Source: Eledone cirrhosa
Taxonomy: Eukaryota
Assembly: GCA_964016885.1 (NCBI GenBank)
Contig: OZ024740.1
Coordinates: forward strand, 244,094,001 to 244,158,000
Length of the DNA: 64,000 nucleotides
Direction: 5' to 3'
How positions within the stretch are numbered: position 1 is the stretch's first letter; the number at the start of each line of letters is the position of its first letter. Under the pieces are notes generated by a model. It saw only the letters and a program-made list of their open reading frames with translations, was not told the origin of the DNA and did no database searches. Positions 1 through 13,484 of the stretch are shown in pieces. A program made the translations under genes and the position numbers.

Positions 1-67
1 GGATGTAATGAGATATTAAATGAATTGATTCAGGTCTTTATATATAAGTATTATTATTGAGAGAAGG

Positions 68-259
68 GCGGTGGATTGGCAGTATCGGTAGAGGGTCGGA
101 CGCCATGCTTTCGAGCATAGTTACGTCCCTTTACGATCTGAGTTCAAATCCCGCCGAGGTTGACTTTGCCTTTCATCCTTACGGGGTCGATAAAATAAAG
201 TACCAGTAATGCACTGGGTAATTGCTGGCCTTGTGCCTAAAGTAGAAACAATTATTATT
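68..259 (+). mobile_element. tRNA-derived SINE (Meta-domain-like body, (TAT)n tail)
   Basis: A-box TGGCAGTATCGG, B-box GAGTTCAAATCC, central GCCTTTCATCCTTACGGGGTCGATAAAATAAAGTACCAG, ATT tail; several more copies in the window. Confidence 0.85.
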
Positions 260-396
260 GAGAGATTCACTAAAGCTATTGTGACGTTACGCAAGAGATA
301 TGGCGGACAGGTTGTTCAGAACAGGGCCGCCAACACACTTTTCAATTTCTGCCTGACTTTTCAATTTCTCCCAATAAGCACGCATACATAGTATAG

Positions 397-443
<47 letters not shown>

Positions 444-529
444 ATAATAATAAATTTGAAGAATAAAATCCAAAGAGGGCTCGATAAGGATAAATATATA
501 TCAAATATATAAGAACCGTAGACCAAATA

Positions 530-960
530 TTTATTAAAATAACAGATTAAAGTTTAAGCAAAGAATCGCTGCTTTCACCCTTAACGGGATCTTCTGAAAC
601 TAACAAAGTCAATCTGTAAACGCTAAACTGGATATTTCAAAAAATTTTGCAACCGGAGGAAGACAGGAAGACGATACTTTGGTTCGTGGAAACGTCCCCT
701 GGCTAAGAACGGGAAAAAACGAATATAATACGTCATTAATAGGAGCGGTGAAAAACATTTACGCGCAAAGACAGAACCACGTTTATGGTATAAAAGAGGT
801 CGTAGACTAATGTTCTCTTAGGTGGTGCATAGAGACGATCTCTGGCAAAGAACGAAAAAAACGAAGATAATACGTCATATGTGGAGCGTGGAGAACAACA
901 ATAGCACGCAAAAACAAAACCACGTAAATGGTATAGCAGAAGTCGTAGACTAAATTCTAA
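530..960 (-). mobile_element. Non-coding element of the CAGAAGA-hammerhead family, with an internal ~143-bp tandem duplication
   Basis: 530-700 is homologous to 46990-47150; 699-810 repeats at 842-953. Confidence 0.55.
551..602 (-). ncRNA. Type I hammerhead-like ribozyme, CAGAAGA core variant
   Basis: Minus strand: AGTTT-CAGAAGA-TCCCGTTAAGGGT-GAAAGCAG...TTGCTT^AAACT; all three stems pair. Confidence 0.65.
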
Positions 961-1204
961 CTAGGAGACCGAATGAATCTCCGCTACGGAGTTAAGAACA
1001 AAGTAAATAAATACAATACAGAAGTAATAGAAATAAATAAAAACATACACGCAAACAAAAACGTACATACACAAGCATACGCAAAAACTTACCATAGGTA
1101 AACAAAACCACGCACATATAAATATGTGTGTGTGTAAGCGTGTATACAAATAAATAAATAATTATATAAACGTATATAAATAAATAAATAAATATATATA
1201 TATA

Positions 1205-1389
1205 TAAATTGAAACAAAATGAAAACGAAATTTCATTTCTCACTCTTAGTATGGCACTTACTTAAATGTAAGTATGCATGTATACGTACATACATATATG
1301 TATACAGACGTACAGTAGCATGCACATATATATATATATACATATATACATACATATGCATACAGGTACACATACATATATGCACGTAT
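1205..1389 (-). repeat. Solo fragment of the 467-bp retrozyme-like unit (lacks the HHR)
   Basis: Near-identical to ~53626-53812; 3' end abuts (TA)n. Confidence 0.9.
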
Positions 1390-2308
1390 TAAATTTAAAG
1401 GGTAAATTAGACAAAGTCATAGATACATATATATGTTTTTGGCAACCATTCACGGTGTGGCCATTTTGAATTCATTTCTGGCGGGGATCATGGTAGAAAA
1501 ATCTTAGTCCATCTGAGGTATCTCCTGATGAGTTCCGAGCCTCGTGGATTTATCCAAAACCGGATATATCCAAAAGGTGGAATGAAACCGCCGGTTGGTA
1601 GAGATTATGAAGATTCTAGTAAAGTTTATGTACATTTTTTCTTCTAACTTCGATTTTGTACCTAATTCCGTGTACTTAACCATATGTCTAGTCAATTTCT
1701 ACAGGCTAGAAGGAATATTCGGTAAATATCAAGTGGCTGTACATTGCGAAAAGAAGCTATATCATTTGTTTATTATTTCTTCATAAGTACATTTTAAACT
1801 TATAGCCTCGTTTAAATGATTTTTTGTGTGGTTGATTCATACAGACTGGGAGAGGAAATACTGTATATATTTTATTTAATGATTTTTTGGACTTACATTT
1901 TTATATATTGCTCTGATTATTAATTATTTAATTAATTCTTCATTGAGCCACACCGTGAATGGTTGCCAAAAACATATGTATATGTATCTATGATTTTGTC
2001 TAATTTATATATATATACCCTTTAAATTTAATATATACTCCCGTAAGGTTGAGTAAAACTTTAGGCAGTATTCGGCTGCGCTTTCTAGGAACCAGCCTAC
2101 TCGCCGACAAGCACCAATCACAAACTTTCTGCCTTGACCACTGACCCCGTGATGGTTCTTAGCCATTTTGAATTCATTTCTGGCGGGGATCATGGTAGAA
2201 GAATCTTAGTTGAGTCTGGGATATTAAATGATTTTTTGTGTGGTTGATTCATACTGACTGGGAGAGGAAATGCTGTATATATTTTATCTAATGATTCTTT
2301 GGACTTAC

Positions 2309-2311
<3 letters not shown>
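1389..2311 (+). mobile_element. Non-coding HHR-bearing element with Penelope-like inverted and tandem architecture
   Basis: 1389-1462 is inverted at 1948-2031; 1461-1508 repeats at 2162-2209; 1813-1897 repeats at 2224-2311; ends in (TA)n. Confidence 0.7.
1520..1605 (+). ncRNA. Type I hammerhead ribozyme
   Basis: ATCTC-CTGATGA-GTTCC...GGAAT-GAAACCGCCGGTTGGTA^GAGAT; stems I-III pair. Confidence 0.8.
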
Positions 2312-2379
<68 letters not shown>

Positions 2380-3595
2380 CGTAAAGTTCGGGGCGTATGT
2401 GCATAAACACTTACTCACCGAACTGTATAATTGCAGTATTGTGTTAGCTCAATGTACGTAGACAGAGTCGTTATATATATATATATGTGTGTATGTATGT
2501 ATATGTATATGTATATATAATATATTGGATATGTAAACAATTAATCCTGCTTGTATTGCTAATTATGCATGAATAATAACTTTGCCAATTACTTTATAAC
2601 AACTTTTTAACAACTAATATATCGAGACTGCTTAAATTCTATCGCACACTAACCTAAACCTGCTTATGTATGGCTTCTTTCTATGCCTTAAATGTATTTA
2701 CTTGTTTCACTCAGCAATACCATATATTAACCACATTTACTTGAGTGAGGCCTGTACCTTTGTGATACCTTTCTATATACTTGTGAACACCAATTTGCTA
2801 CTTAGTTTGAGTACCTTGTGTATGTATAGTATGATGGTCATTCGAATTACTGTGGTCCTTTGTGATGTACCAAAATTATCTCTTCACGCCTGTATATAGA
2901 CAACTGACATTCTACTCGCTTGTGTTGCTGGGAACTGCGCTTTTAATTACTTGCTTCTCTAAGGACTCATAAAATATTACTTTTTCTCAATTTATTAAAT
3001 ATTTTTAATCCTTTTAATTTAATTTTATCTTATTATTATATTATTTTTATTATTTTATTATCATTTATTATTATTTTATTATGCTTTTTTATATTAATTT
3101 ATTGTATTTTAATTTATTTTTAGTATATTTTTACTTAATTACTTTTCTTTATTGGATTTTACTTTATTTTATTTTATTTTTCTTCATTTCATTTTATTAT
3201 ATTATCTCTATTATTATTTTTTATCTTTATTTTTATATTTTTTTTATTGCTTTAATATAATTTATAACATTTGCCTGTATTTCTTTATGTATTTTTATGT
3301 ATTTTTTATATATTTTTATGTATTTTTATGTATTTCTTATGTATTTTTATGCATTTTTATGTATTTATTATGTACTTTGTAATGCTTTCACACTTTTGAA
3401 TTTTACATTCTACATTTTTGAGTGCCATCTACTGTGTCTTCATCTTGTTGAATCCAATTGTACCTTGGTATTTTGCAGTGATGCTTAGTAACCCCAGCAT
3501 GAACATCTTTGTTAGCTATCTCCAATCCCCCTATTATTTTTCTGATTGTTCATATGACTAAGTTATTGTGGAGCTTATACTCAACACGGTATTTG

Positions 3596-3657
3596 TTGAG
3601 CTCTGATGATTCCTGCCTAAAGGTGAGGATGAAACATTGTTAGTGAATAAAGACTGT
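3596..3657 (+). ncRNA. Type I hammerhead ribozyme (stem I partly decayed)
   Basis: CTGATGA-TTCCTGCCTAAAGGTGAGGAT-GAAACATTGTT^AGTGAA at the end of a long T-rich tract, ~30 nt before (TA)n. Confidence 0.65.
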
Positions 3658-3687
3658 TTGAGTATGTAAGCGTTCTTTGGTTTCTTT

Positions 3688-3720
<33 letters not shown>

Positions 3721-3723
<3 letters not shown>

Positions 3724-3771
3724 TTTCAGAAGATCCGTTAGTGGTGAAAGCAGCGATTCTTTGCTTAAACT
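3721..3771 (+). ncRNA. Hammerhead-like ribozyme, CAGAAGA variant (minimal insertion in (TA)n)
   Basis: Same family as 551-602; (TA)n on both sides. Confidence 0.6.
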
Positions 3772-3799
3772 TTAATCTGTTATTTTATTATATATATAT

Positions 3800-4097
3800 A
3801 ATTATACATTCGCGTACAGATACTTTTGCATACACAATAACAAAATATAAACAAACGTATTTATTTCACGAGGCTCGACAGCAGCAAAAACAACAACAAA
3901 AAAGAGAGGGAACGCAATTACATGCTTTTGAAAAATCTTAATGGAAAATTATTTGCCTATTCACCCAAGGCGACTTCACTTTTTATTAGGACTTCTGCAT
4001 CAATTGGTGAACATACGACGAATCTGTTTCAGAAAGGAGGGATAAACATGCCAATCTACGTTTAGAATCCCGAACAACGCCGGGCCATTCTGCTAGT
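3800..4097 (+). mobile_element. Probable non-autonomous Helitron
   Basis: Ends in hairpin CCCGAACAACGCCGGG followed by CTAG|T; 3800-3871 is shared with 46270-46340. Confidence 0.55.
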
Positions 4098-4153
4098 ATA
4101 TATATATAATTCAAATTTTAAGAAAACCAAGGATAGTATATTATTATTTATTT

Positions 4154-4265
4154 ATACATCTCTACGGACGTTTCAACACGGCTAGTATATCGCATTTATT
4201 TGTGGAAAGAACTGGATATTACCAGTTAATTATTTATTCAGACCATATCTCTTCAGGAAATTTAT
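4154..4265 (-). ncRNA. Type I hammerhead ribozyme with ~75-nt stem II domain
   Basis: Minus strand: ATAAATTTC-CTGAAGA-GATATGGT...GCCGTGTT-GAAACGTCCGTA^GAGATGTAT; 3' halves of the same family at ~6080-6110 (-) and ~8495-8555 (+). Confidence 0.7.
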
Positions 4266-5349
4266 ATAATAAAATAACAACAAATTAATTAATATCATAA
4301 GACAAATTATCAAGAACAATAGAGAATTCAAAGCATTTAGACATGCAATTTCAAGTGTAAAAGCATAAGTTTGCGTATGTTTTCAGACATGCAAAATTAT
4401 AAATTTATCAGTGATTTTCAGAAAGCATGCTAAAGTATGTTAAAGCTATGAATTGGTTACAACAGGGGTTGTTTGAAAAATGTTTCCTAGATTTAGGGCA
4501 ATGCGTTCAATATTTAGATTTTTCGTAAGTACAAAAGAAAATTATATGTATGGAGTTAAAAATACTTTCACATATATTTTTCAAAATACATGTATACCGT
4601 TACCTATTATTTTTCTAAACAAGTTCTAGAGTAAAAATGATTTTATGATACAGCTGATGGATTTCAAATGGTTCATTCATAAGTATTTCGAAATATATCG
4701 TTATTTACTGTTGTCAGTTTAAGGTTCTTTATCTAAATATCTTTACAGTGTTTATCAATTATCTTCATAAATGGCTTGTTTCATACTTATTATTTTAAGG
4801 AATTTTTACGAAAAACTAGTGTTTGATTTGATTTAGTATATATGTAGTTAGAGTTATATTGATGTGTCTATAGATAAAATCAGAACAAATACAAAACATT
4901 AGAAATCATAATATAATAAAGGTAGGAGTGCGCGACTGTGTCCTGATTATAATTGTTTATCCCGTTAGTAAAATAAGTTGGATTAATTTGAATAAATAAT
5001 AAATGAATATAACAATTTATCTACTAAATTTCGTAGCTGTTGATTAAACATAAATATTTTTATATATAATGATTGCTTATTTTAAGATTCACTTCTTTTA
5101 CAATTTTCAAATGTCAATATTTCCGGTTATGATATAAGGCTATATTATATCACTTACATAAACGTTCATATATTTGCATCGTTATATCATAACGTTTATA
5201 TTTTTGTCGCTACTTTTCTCCGTTTTCGTTTTCATTACATTTCACTGTAATGCAGTTTATATATAATATCTTTTTTAAATGTAATATGTATCTAACAAGC
5301 GAATGCAATACTCTTAGCAGAGTTTGCAGCCATCATGTTTGTATGTATG

Positions 5350-5431
<82 letters not shown>

Positions 5432-5794
5432 AACAGTTAATTTTCACATACGTGATCCTTCTATGAAGGATAGCGTATGTGAAAATTAACTTTTCTTCCT
5501 CTCTCTATATTTTTTTTGTTATTATCATTATTTTCACTATTTGTACAAATATGCAACTTAACAATATTTTGCATATCCCCAATTGACAATGCATTTAATG
5601 CTGAAACCGGTATTGTAAATAAATTAATGCTTTGAAATTTCACTAAAAAATCTCTTCAACATTTTCTACAGAAAAAATATTTTTCCTTTCTACTAATTGT
5701 TTATATATATACTTTTCTATTGGTCAATTCAAAACCTGTTCCCAAACGAACCTTTTATATTAAATCTTTGTTGTTTTTTTTCAATAAACAAATC

Positions 5795-5930
5795 TCATCA
5801 TTTCTGAAGACAGCATGTATATGTGAAGGTATGTATATTTCCTCTGATAGTTTGTAATATTTTTACATAGATCTATATGATATACATACCAACACACATA
5901 TACATCCTAGAAACGATCGTAAAATGATGA
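5795..5930 (+). ncRNA. Type I hammerhead ribozyme with ~99-nt stem II hairpin
   Basis: TCATCATTT-CTGAAGA-...-GAAACGATCGTA^AAATGATGA; perfect 9-bp stem I, palindromic stem III. Confidence 0.8.
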
Positions 5931-5983
5931 TTTTTTTAATACAAGGAACTTGTTCTTTGTTTTTATTCCTTGTTTTTATTAAT

Positions 5984-6055
<72 letters not shown>

Positions 6056-6133
6056 GGGGATGGCATATTATTATTCATTTATACATCTCTACGTACGTTT
6101 CGACGCGGCTACAATTTATATACACACACATAC

Positions 6134-6216
<83 letters not shown>

Positions 6217-6422
6217 GATAACAAGTTATCGTTAAAGGTAATCCAGTTAGAGTATTCCGCGTCGTGGATAGTTTTAACGTACGGCTTTGTTTGACTCAAC
6301 AAGATGTTTCCATAGTTATGCAGCGAGTTGGCGGTAATTTCTATGCAGGTTATACTTGGAGTAATAATAGTTAAAGAATGAAGAGTAACATGGTTGGCTG
6401 TACAATAAGGGCTTTATGTAAA

Positions 6423-6533
6423 GTACTGACAATTGTTTCGTTGATCAGGTGAATCTAGAGTTCGCTAATCGCTTTAGGCTGCGTCAATCGATCTCCAATA
6501 CATTGTTTACAACTGGTCAACACATCCGAGCAC
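6423..6533 (-). ncRNA. Decayed hammerhead ribozyme
   Basis: Minus strand: GTGCT-CGGATGT-GTTGACCAG...CTGATCAAC-GAAACAATTGTC^AGTAC; two core mutations, stems retained. Confidence 0.5.
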
Positions 6534-6732
6534 ATAGATATGATAATAATTCACTCGAGGCAAGACTTATATAGAAAAGTAGCGTAACACCAAAACAATA
6601 ACATCAATAATAAAATAGCTTTTAAATAAAACAATAACATCAATAGTAAAACATGTATGGTAAATAGATGGAAAAGTTACAGATGTAAAACAGTGAAATG
6701 GGGTAGGGTACATTAATAAGTAATAATAATAA

Positions 6733-6939
6733 GAAGATCTTACTTGGAGCTTACTGTCCAGAGCTAACTCTTACACGGGAGGACGCCGTCCGTGTAACTT
6801 ATGCTTGGAGGAAACATTACAAATGCTGTTTATGAAGGATCAACTCCTAAACAAAAAAGACAAACTGGTAACTGCATGCAAACACAGATTGCGTAAGACT
6901 TACCTCGCCCTCAAACCCCCTAATGATCTGGGTGGGTAG
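6733..6939 (+). pseudogene. C-terminal fragment of a Penelope-like element endonuclease region
   Basis: Hand translation WSLLSRANSYTGGRRPCNLCLEE...LLNKKDKLVTACKH matches the CNLCLEEK...LLNKRSE...CRH tail of invertebrate PLEs; not in the ORF track. Confidence 0.6.
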
Positions 6940-7511
6940 ACAAGGGCTGAAACACCCACTTGCCGAATAAGATAGGGGAAACCCCAGCTTACATAGGTAG
7001 ATGTACCTCTTTTCTTTTCTTCTATGTTTTCTTCTTCTCTTTGTCTCTTCCTATCACTTCCTTCCACCACCGATCTTCTTCCTTGTTCGTTATTATTTTT
7101 TCCCCTTTCACCAACCCCGAGGCAGCCCATCGGGCCTCTGTAGCCTCAATACCCCCACCCCAGTAACTTAAAGATAGCATTGGTCGATTACGCTATACTA
7201 ACTAATCATAGCAGCTGTGTTAGACCCCAGAGATTTGGTATTACTTTTTACTACCCAATTCTACAATTTCAATAATTCTTATTTATTATCTTCTATTCTC
7301 AACTCATTCTATAGCATTGGCCGAAAGAGCAATACCAACTAAATATAGCAGATGTTTTAGACTCTATAGCTTTTGTTTTTTATCACTTCTCACTTTCCAA
7401 TTTTATATTTTTATATATCTTTCTCTTATATTTTTTTATTTTTTTATTGTAGGAAATCTCAATTAATTTACCCATTCTATAACGTCCCTCCTCTATTTTC
7501 TCCAGAATTTT

Positions 7512-7895
<384 letters not shown>

Positions 7896-7907
7896 TGTTA
7901 TATATTG

Positions 7908-7950
<43 letters not shown>

Positions 7951-7951
<1 letters not shown>

Positions 7952-8002
7952 AGTTTCAGAAGATCCCGTTAAGGGTGAAAGCAGCGATTCTTTGCTTAAA
8001 CT
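7951..8002 (+). ncRNA. Hammerhead-like ribozyme, CAGAAGA variant (minimal insertion in (TA)n)
   Basis: Matches the reverse complement of 551-602; (TA)n on both sides. Confidence 0.65.
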
Positions 8003-8028
8003 TTAATCTGTTATTTTTATATATATAT

Positions 8029-8143
<115 letters not shown>

Positions 8144-8202
8144 TAAAAAAATAATGAATAAAACAATGAAACAGTTCCTTATACTAAACAAAAAAAGTTC
8201 AT

Positions 8203-8346
8203 TATTTAACGATCGTTTCTAGGATATATATGTGTTAGAATTGGCATGCATATTCAACAGATCTATGTACAAAATTATACAAAATTATACAAACTATCAA
8301 AATTAAATATACATACCAACACATATATATGCCGTCTTCAGAAATA
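8203..8346 (-). ncRNA. Type I hammerhead ribozyme with ~115-nt stem II hairpin
   Basis: Minus strand: TATTT-CTGAAGA-...-GAAACGATCGTT^AAATA; paralog of 5795-5930. Confidence 0.75.
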
Positions 8347-8371
8347 CCGTAAACTCTTGGTAGATTTATCT

Positions 8372-8438
<67 letters not shown>

Positions 8439-8689
8439 TATTATATATATGTGTGTGTTTGTGTGTGTGTGTGTGTGTGTAAATTGTATCCGCTTTGAAA
8501 CGTCCGTAGAGATGATAATATGCTATCCTTGGTTTTCTTAGAATTTGAATTGTAAATGTTCTGGTACCGGAACTGCCCTTTATTCATCCAATTTTCTTTT
8601 CACTCCTGAAGAGCAGAGATCTGTAAATTACATCGTGTGAAGATGTATGGAAGTTCTAAAACTCAGTACCCAGGACCTTAGACACCCTA

Positions 8690-9327
8690 AAGTAAATCAA
8701 CCGAAACTAAAAGCTCTTCGATACATCTCCACACACAACCTCCTCAACAATGAGGCCTTTGACACCATCCTCCAGAACATCCCTGTGTTAAAAAAGGACC
8801 ATACAATGAACCAAATCCTTCGAACACACGATATCATAAAGAGCAAAAGACAATCTAAGTCAATGAAAAACACCCTAACATATGCCAAAGTACTGCCAAC
8901 CACAACAACGAAACCCACAGTAAAAAAATGCGATAGACCCAACTGTGGCATATGCATCAACCTAATAGAGGGTTCGGAATTCTATTTCAAAGAAGGACAA
9001 CGTTTTATAGTAAAACACAATTTCACATGCGCATCAGAAAATCTAATATATGTATTAACTTGCTCAGGTTGTCGAGAACAATACATAGGCCAGACCAAAA
9101 ACAGCCTCCGCCAACGCATGACTGTCCATAGATCCCAAATTAAAATACGGGAATACAGGCAAATACCACTGCGTGAACACATTGATACCTGTGCCGCCCA
9201 AAATCATCCCAACTTTAGAATCTTTCCCCTCTACAAATTTAAAGATAATGCCACCCACACCCAGCGCATCAGCAAGGAATCTCACTTTATTAACAAATAC
9301 TGACCCCGTCTAAACACTTCTCCCTAA
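8690..9327 (+). pseudogene. Penelope-like element GIY-YIG endonuclease fragment
   Basis: CDRPNCGIC linker, NLIYVLTCSGCREQYIGQT..LRQRMTVH; premature stop at 9301-9303; homologous to 58030-58639. Confidence 0.9.
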
Positions 9328-9992
9328 GACGAACCCACAACATACACACGTCAACATACATACCTACATCCGCATACATCCTACATACATCTCTATCCAC
9401 ATATAAACACAATGACATACGTAAACACACATGTTCTATGGTGCAACACAAATATACACAAATTTGCATACCTTTTGATGTCTATAGATATAAACGTGCC
9501 GACACACACACATACATATACGCACACATGCATTGCACACTGATGGGCACATACATATTTGTACACAAGTATTCCAATACGGCAAAGCCTAATGGATTCC
9601 CCTTGCAGTACGTACAATCTGGACACTCACACACACCTTGGTCTTATGCCAATACTATATATCATTTCACCCCTTTTATTATTAATGGTTTTGATGTTCT
9701 CTTGAGAGAATCGTTTTTGCTGAAAATATCGAACAATGTACGCCATTTTTACCAGTATCACAAAAATACCCCCCCCCCTACACACATACACACATATACG
9801 CACACACACACACACACATATATATACACACACACATACACACGCGTACACTAACATACAAAGAGACATACACACACACACACTTCTCCGTATAAGACAA
9901 GAGCTGAAAAATATCTTTCAACATGTTAAATATCCCCACACACGTACAGACACATTCCTACTGACCGAATCCCTCTACCACGAATTACTCTG

Positions 9993-10088
<96 letters not shown>

Positions 10089-10184
10089 TTGTCTTAATAG
10101 GCACCTGAACTGTTGACCTTTCAACATGACTGCAATTCACACACACATCCCTACTGACCATTATCACAACAATGAACCTCTTTA

Positions 10185-10228
<44 letters not shown>

Positions 10229-10690
10229 TTGTCTTAAAAGACTTATTTTTCAGTGACTTCTCAATCAGGCGAAAAAGGACACTCTTCGACAAACCTACAT
10301 TTGGCGCAAAATCAATTTTTAACATTCACGTGACCTCTACCGACCAATCAAAATTGTTTTGACCACAAGAATTTTTGCAACACGAATTGGCGCGAAAGTT
10401 ATTTTAATACCTCTGGGGCCACTTTTTTCACATAAAACAGGTAGAATTTCCAAAACTAATCAGATTAAAGCAAACATCACGGGCGCTCTACCTCAAAATT
10501 ATTTTTGCAAAGCATTAGAAATGCGCAACCGGTAAAAACTTAAAACTAAAACTGAATACTAACCAATACTTATTACTAATTTTTACTTATTCCTAATTAA
10601 ACTATTTTTCACTGGGAACAATTTGTCAGCATTTTCTTTTCCTTTTACCAATATATCACAACTCGTGTGTTACACCTCTATTCTTAAAAA
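9328..10690 (+). mobile_element. Long CA-rich 3' region of the same Penelope-like element
   Basis: Follows the EN; 10230-10690 recurs inverted at 16845-17812; shares motifs (GCGCGAAA, TCACGTGAC, AACCGGTAAA) with 59330-59720; ends at (TA)n. Confidence 0.6.
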
Positions 10691-10716
10691 TATATATATA
10701 TATATATATATATATA

Positions 10717-11673
10717 ATGAAAAATTGAACAGGGACAGAACAGAGAGGCAGTACAATAAATGTTTATTAAATTCACGCTCAGGAGAGTGGGGGGTAGGTG
10801 GGGACGACGTTTCGGGCATAAGCCCTTCTTCAGGTGAGAAGTGTGTGGGAACAGAGTTCAAAAGGTGTGTAGGGGAGTGGTGGAGAGACATATAGCGAAA
10901 GGAAACGGTGCGAATGAAAAATTAACAAATAAAGACAAAAAATATAATAAATAAAAATAAAGCATGATCAAAATACAAGGAATGAGAAAATTTAAAAATA
11001 AAGGCATGATCAAAATAAACTGAAATTAAAAGGGGGGTAAACAGGTGGTGGAAGGGTGTGGGGCGAGTAGGGGTGGTGGCGGGTGGAGTGGGGAGAGTGA
11101 GACGGGGTGTCCGAGCGGGGAGGGCTGAAGGTGGTGTGTGTGGTTAGGTGTGTGTGTGTGTGTGTGTATGTGAAAGTGAGGGTTGGGGGAAGAACGGGGT
11201 TGCATGTTCAGGAAGGTGTGTGTGGGGGGTGTTTTTGTGGGTCGGAGTGTCTGTGCGTGTGTGGATAGGGGGGTGGGGGGATAGGAATCAGGAGGCTGAG
11301 GGTGTAAATATGTGGTGGGAAGCACGTGTGTGTGGTTTAAGCGTGTTGTGGGTGTGGGTGGCGTGTGGATAAAAAAAATGTTGGGGGTGTGTGTGTGTGG
11401 GTGAGTTATATAGGTGATGGTGTAGGAGGATAGTTGAAAAGTTGGTAAGTTCCACGGATGTTTGGAGATTTGGTTAGAAGTCAATTTCGCGTGTGGGTAA
11501 TCCAAGAAGCGGTGGTCGGAAGAGGAGGGATGTGGGGTGCGCACGCAACAGGAAGTGGTCAGCAGTGGGAGTGCTGTGGTCAATTGGTGCTGAGAGGTGG
11601 TCGGAAGGGCATAGCAGCAGTCGGCGGAATGGTAGGGAGGCGAGGATGGGTAGGTGTGAGAGTTGGAGTGAGG

Positions 11674-11704
<31 letters not shown>

Positions 11705-12515
11705 ATTAGTAGGGGTGTTAGTGGGATGAGTGAGTGTGGGGCGGGGAGAGAAGGGTGTGTGTGGTTCTATGGAGGTAGTGTGGTGTACTGGTGTGTGTGT
11801 AGTTTGGTGAAGAGGTGTTAGTGGGTGTTAGTATACGGGAGGTGGAGAGGGGTGGAATGCAGGTGTGAGTGGGGGTTAGTGGTGGTAGGGTGTGTAGAGT
11901 TGGTGGTGTACGAGGGTGTGTGGGTACGTGTGCGTGGGGTTGGGGGGTGTTAGTGTTGTTAGTTGCGTGTGGGGTGGGTGGTGTAAGTGGGGGCGTGTGT
12001 GCGTGTGATAAGGAGGGGGAGGAGGAGAAGAGGGGAGGGAAGGGATGTTAGTATGTTAGTTGGGGAAGGGTGGTCAGATGAGGGGTGGAGTGGAGGTGTT
12101 AGTATTGTTAGTGTGGGGTGGGCGGTGAAAAGGAGGGGTGTGTTAGTGGTGTTAGTGGGGGATAAGTGTGGGGGGAGGGGGGCGGTCGAACCCTAAAGGA
12201 ATAAGGGTGGGGAGTTCAGGCCGGGGGGAGTGTGGGTCTGTAAGATGAAGATAGTGCGTTGTTCGACCGTAAGGCGATGGGCGGGTGTTCCGTGGCACTG
12301 GAGTAGGCCACAGACTGTAAGATGGCGTGCGGAGTGTCCAGGGCCACCAAAGTGGCGGGCGATGGGGGAACTGCCCCCGAGACGAATATCCCGGAGGTGC
12401 TCCGTGACTCGGTCCGCCAGGCGACGCCCCGTCTGTCCGACATAAGTCGCGCTGCACTCCGTGCAACGAAGTCCGTAGACTAGGTTGGAGGAGGTGCAGC
12501 GGAAGGCATGCCGGA
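10717..12515 (-). mobile_element. 5'-truncated Penelope-like element: GIY-YIG end, CA-rich 3' UTR, HHR core
   Basis: 12193-12515 encodes [36 protein letters not shown]...PPGLN; (TA)n on both flanks. Confidence 0.85.
10803..10840 (-). ncRNA. Hammerhead core in PLE 3' end (no local stem I)
   Basis: Minus strand: CTGAAGA-AGGGCTTATGCCC-GAAACGTCGTC. Confidence 0.6.
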
Positions 12516-12516
12516 C

Positions 12517-12625
<109 letters not shown>

Positions 12626-13444
12626 TAAATATGTTTAGTTATATTATGTATATATTTCTCCAGTTCTATCATTTTCTATTAATTATATTAATCAATAACT
12701 TATTTTTTGTTATTGAGTCTTATTTATTTATCGATTCATCTGTTGGAATAATAATTTTTGTTTCAGCCAGCCAACTATTATGTTTGCTCCTATTACTGCG
12801 TATTACCCAATCTATTTTATTTGTTTTAGCGTCGCTGCTTATATATTGACTTATAACTGTTAAGATTTCTATTAAAAACGAATTGTATGTAGGGATCTAT
12901 ATATATTTAATAAGCGTTATTAACTTTTGGAACTAATTAATGTGTAGTTCTGGGCATGGCTTTAACCTGCAGACAAATTAAGAAAAATTAAGAAAAATTG
13001 TAGCACCTGCATTAGTTGCACAGTAAACTGCATTGTGGAGTAGGCAGCAATGATCCAATAGTCTATCATAAAGATGTGTAAGTAACTTGCCAATGGGCGG
13101 TATACAACAAATACTACGTGTATGAACCAAGAACACGGAGAAAACGGATGATGATGATGAGGAGGAGGAGGGGGTGGGGGGGGGGGGGAGAATAAGAAGA
13201 ATAAGAAGAAGAATCTTCCAGTTGTGTGATTCACAAACGAAGTCCATACAGAGACGTATACAATATGTTTAAGTATAAGAAACTTATAAATCTCGCTCAT
13301 CGGTGACGTTAACTCACCCAGTACTGATAAGATAGTGCGAGCTTATATATATATATATATGTGTGTGTGAGTGTGTGTATAATATTATATTTCATTAGAA
13401 TAGAATTAGAATTTAGCTTCGAGCATAGCTGTATACAGATATGT

Positions 13445-13484
13445 ATCGGAATTTCGTATTTCTAAAGAAATACGAAATTCCGAT
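13445..13484. repeat. Perfect 19-bp inverted repeat with 2-nt spacer
   Basis: ATCGGAATTTCGTATTTCT-AA-AGAAATACGAAATTCCGAT. Confidence 0.9.

Noticed and set aside
68-150. Functional tRNA genes at SINE heads (also 44227)
   Set aside because: A and B boxes only; no cloverleaf, and they continue into SINE bodies.
8600-8680. CTGAAGA upstream of the PLE EN fragment
   Set aside because: No GAAA box (TAAAAC instead) and no stem I.
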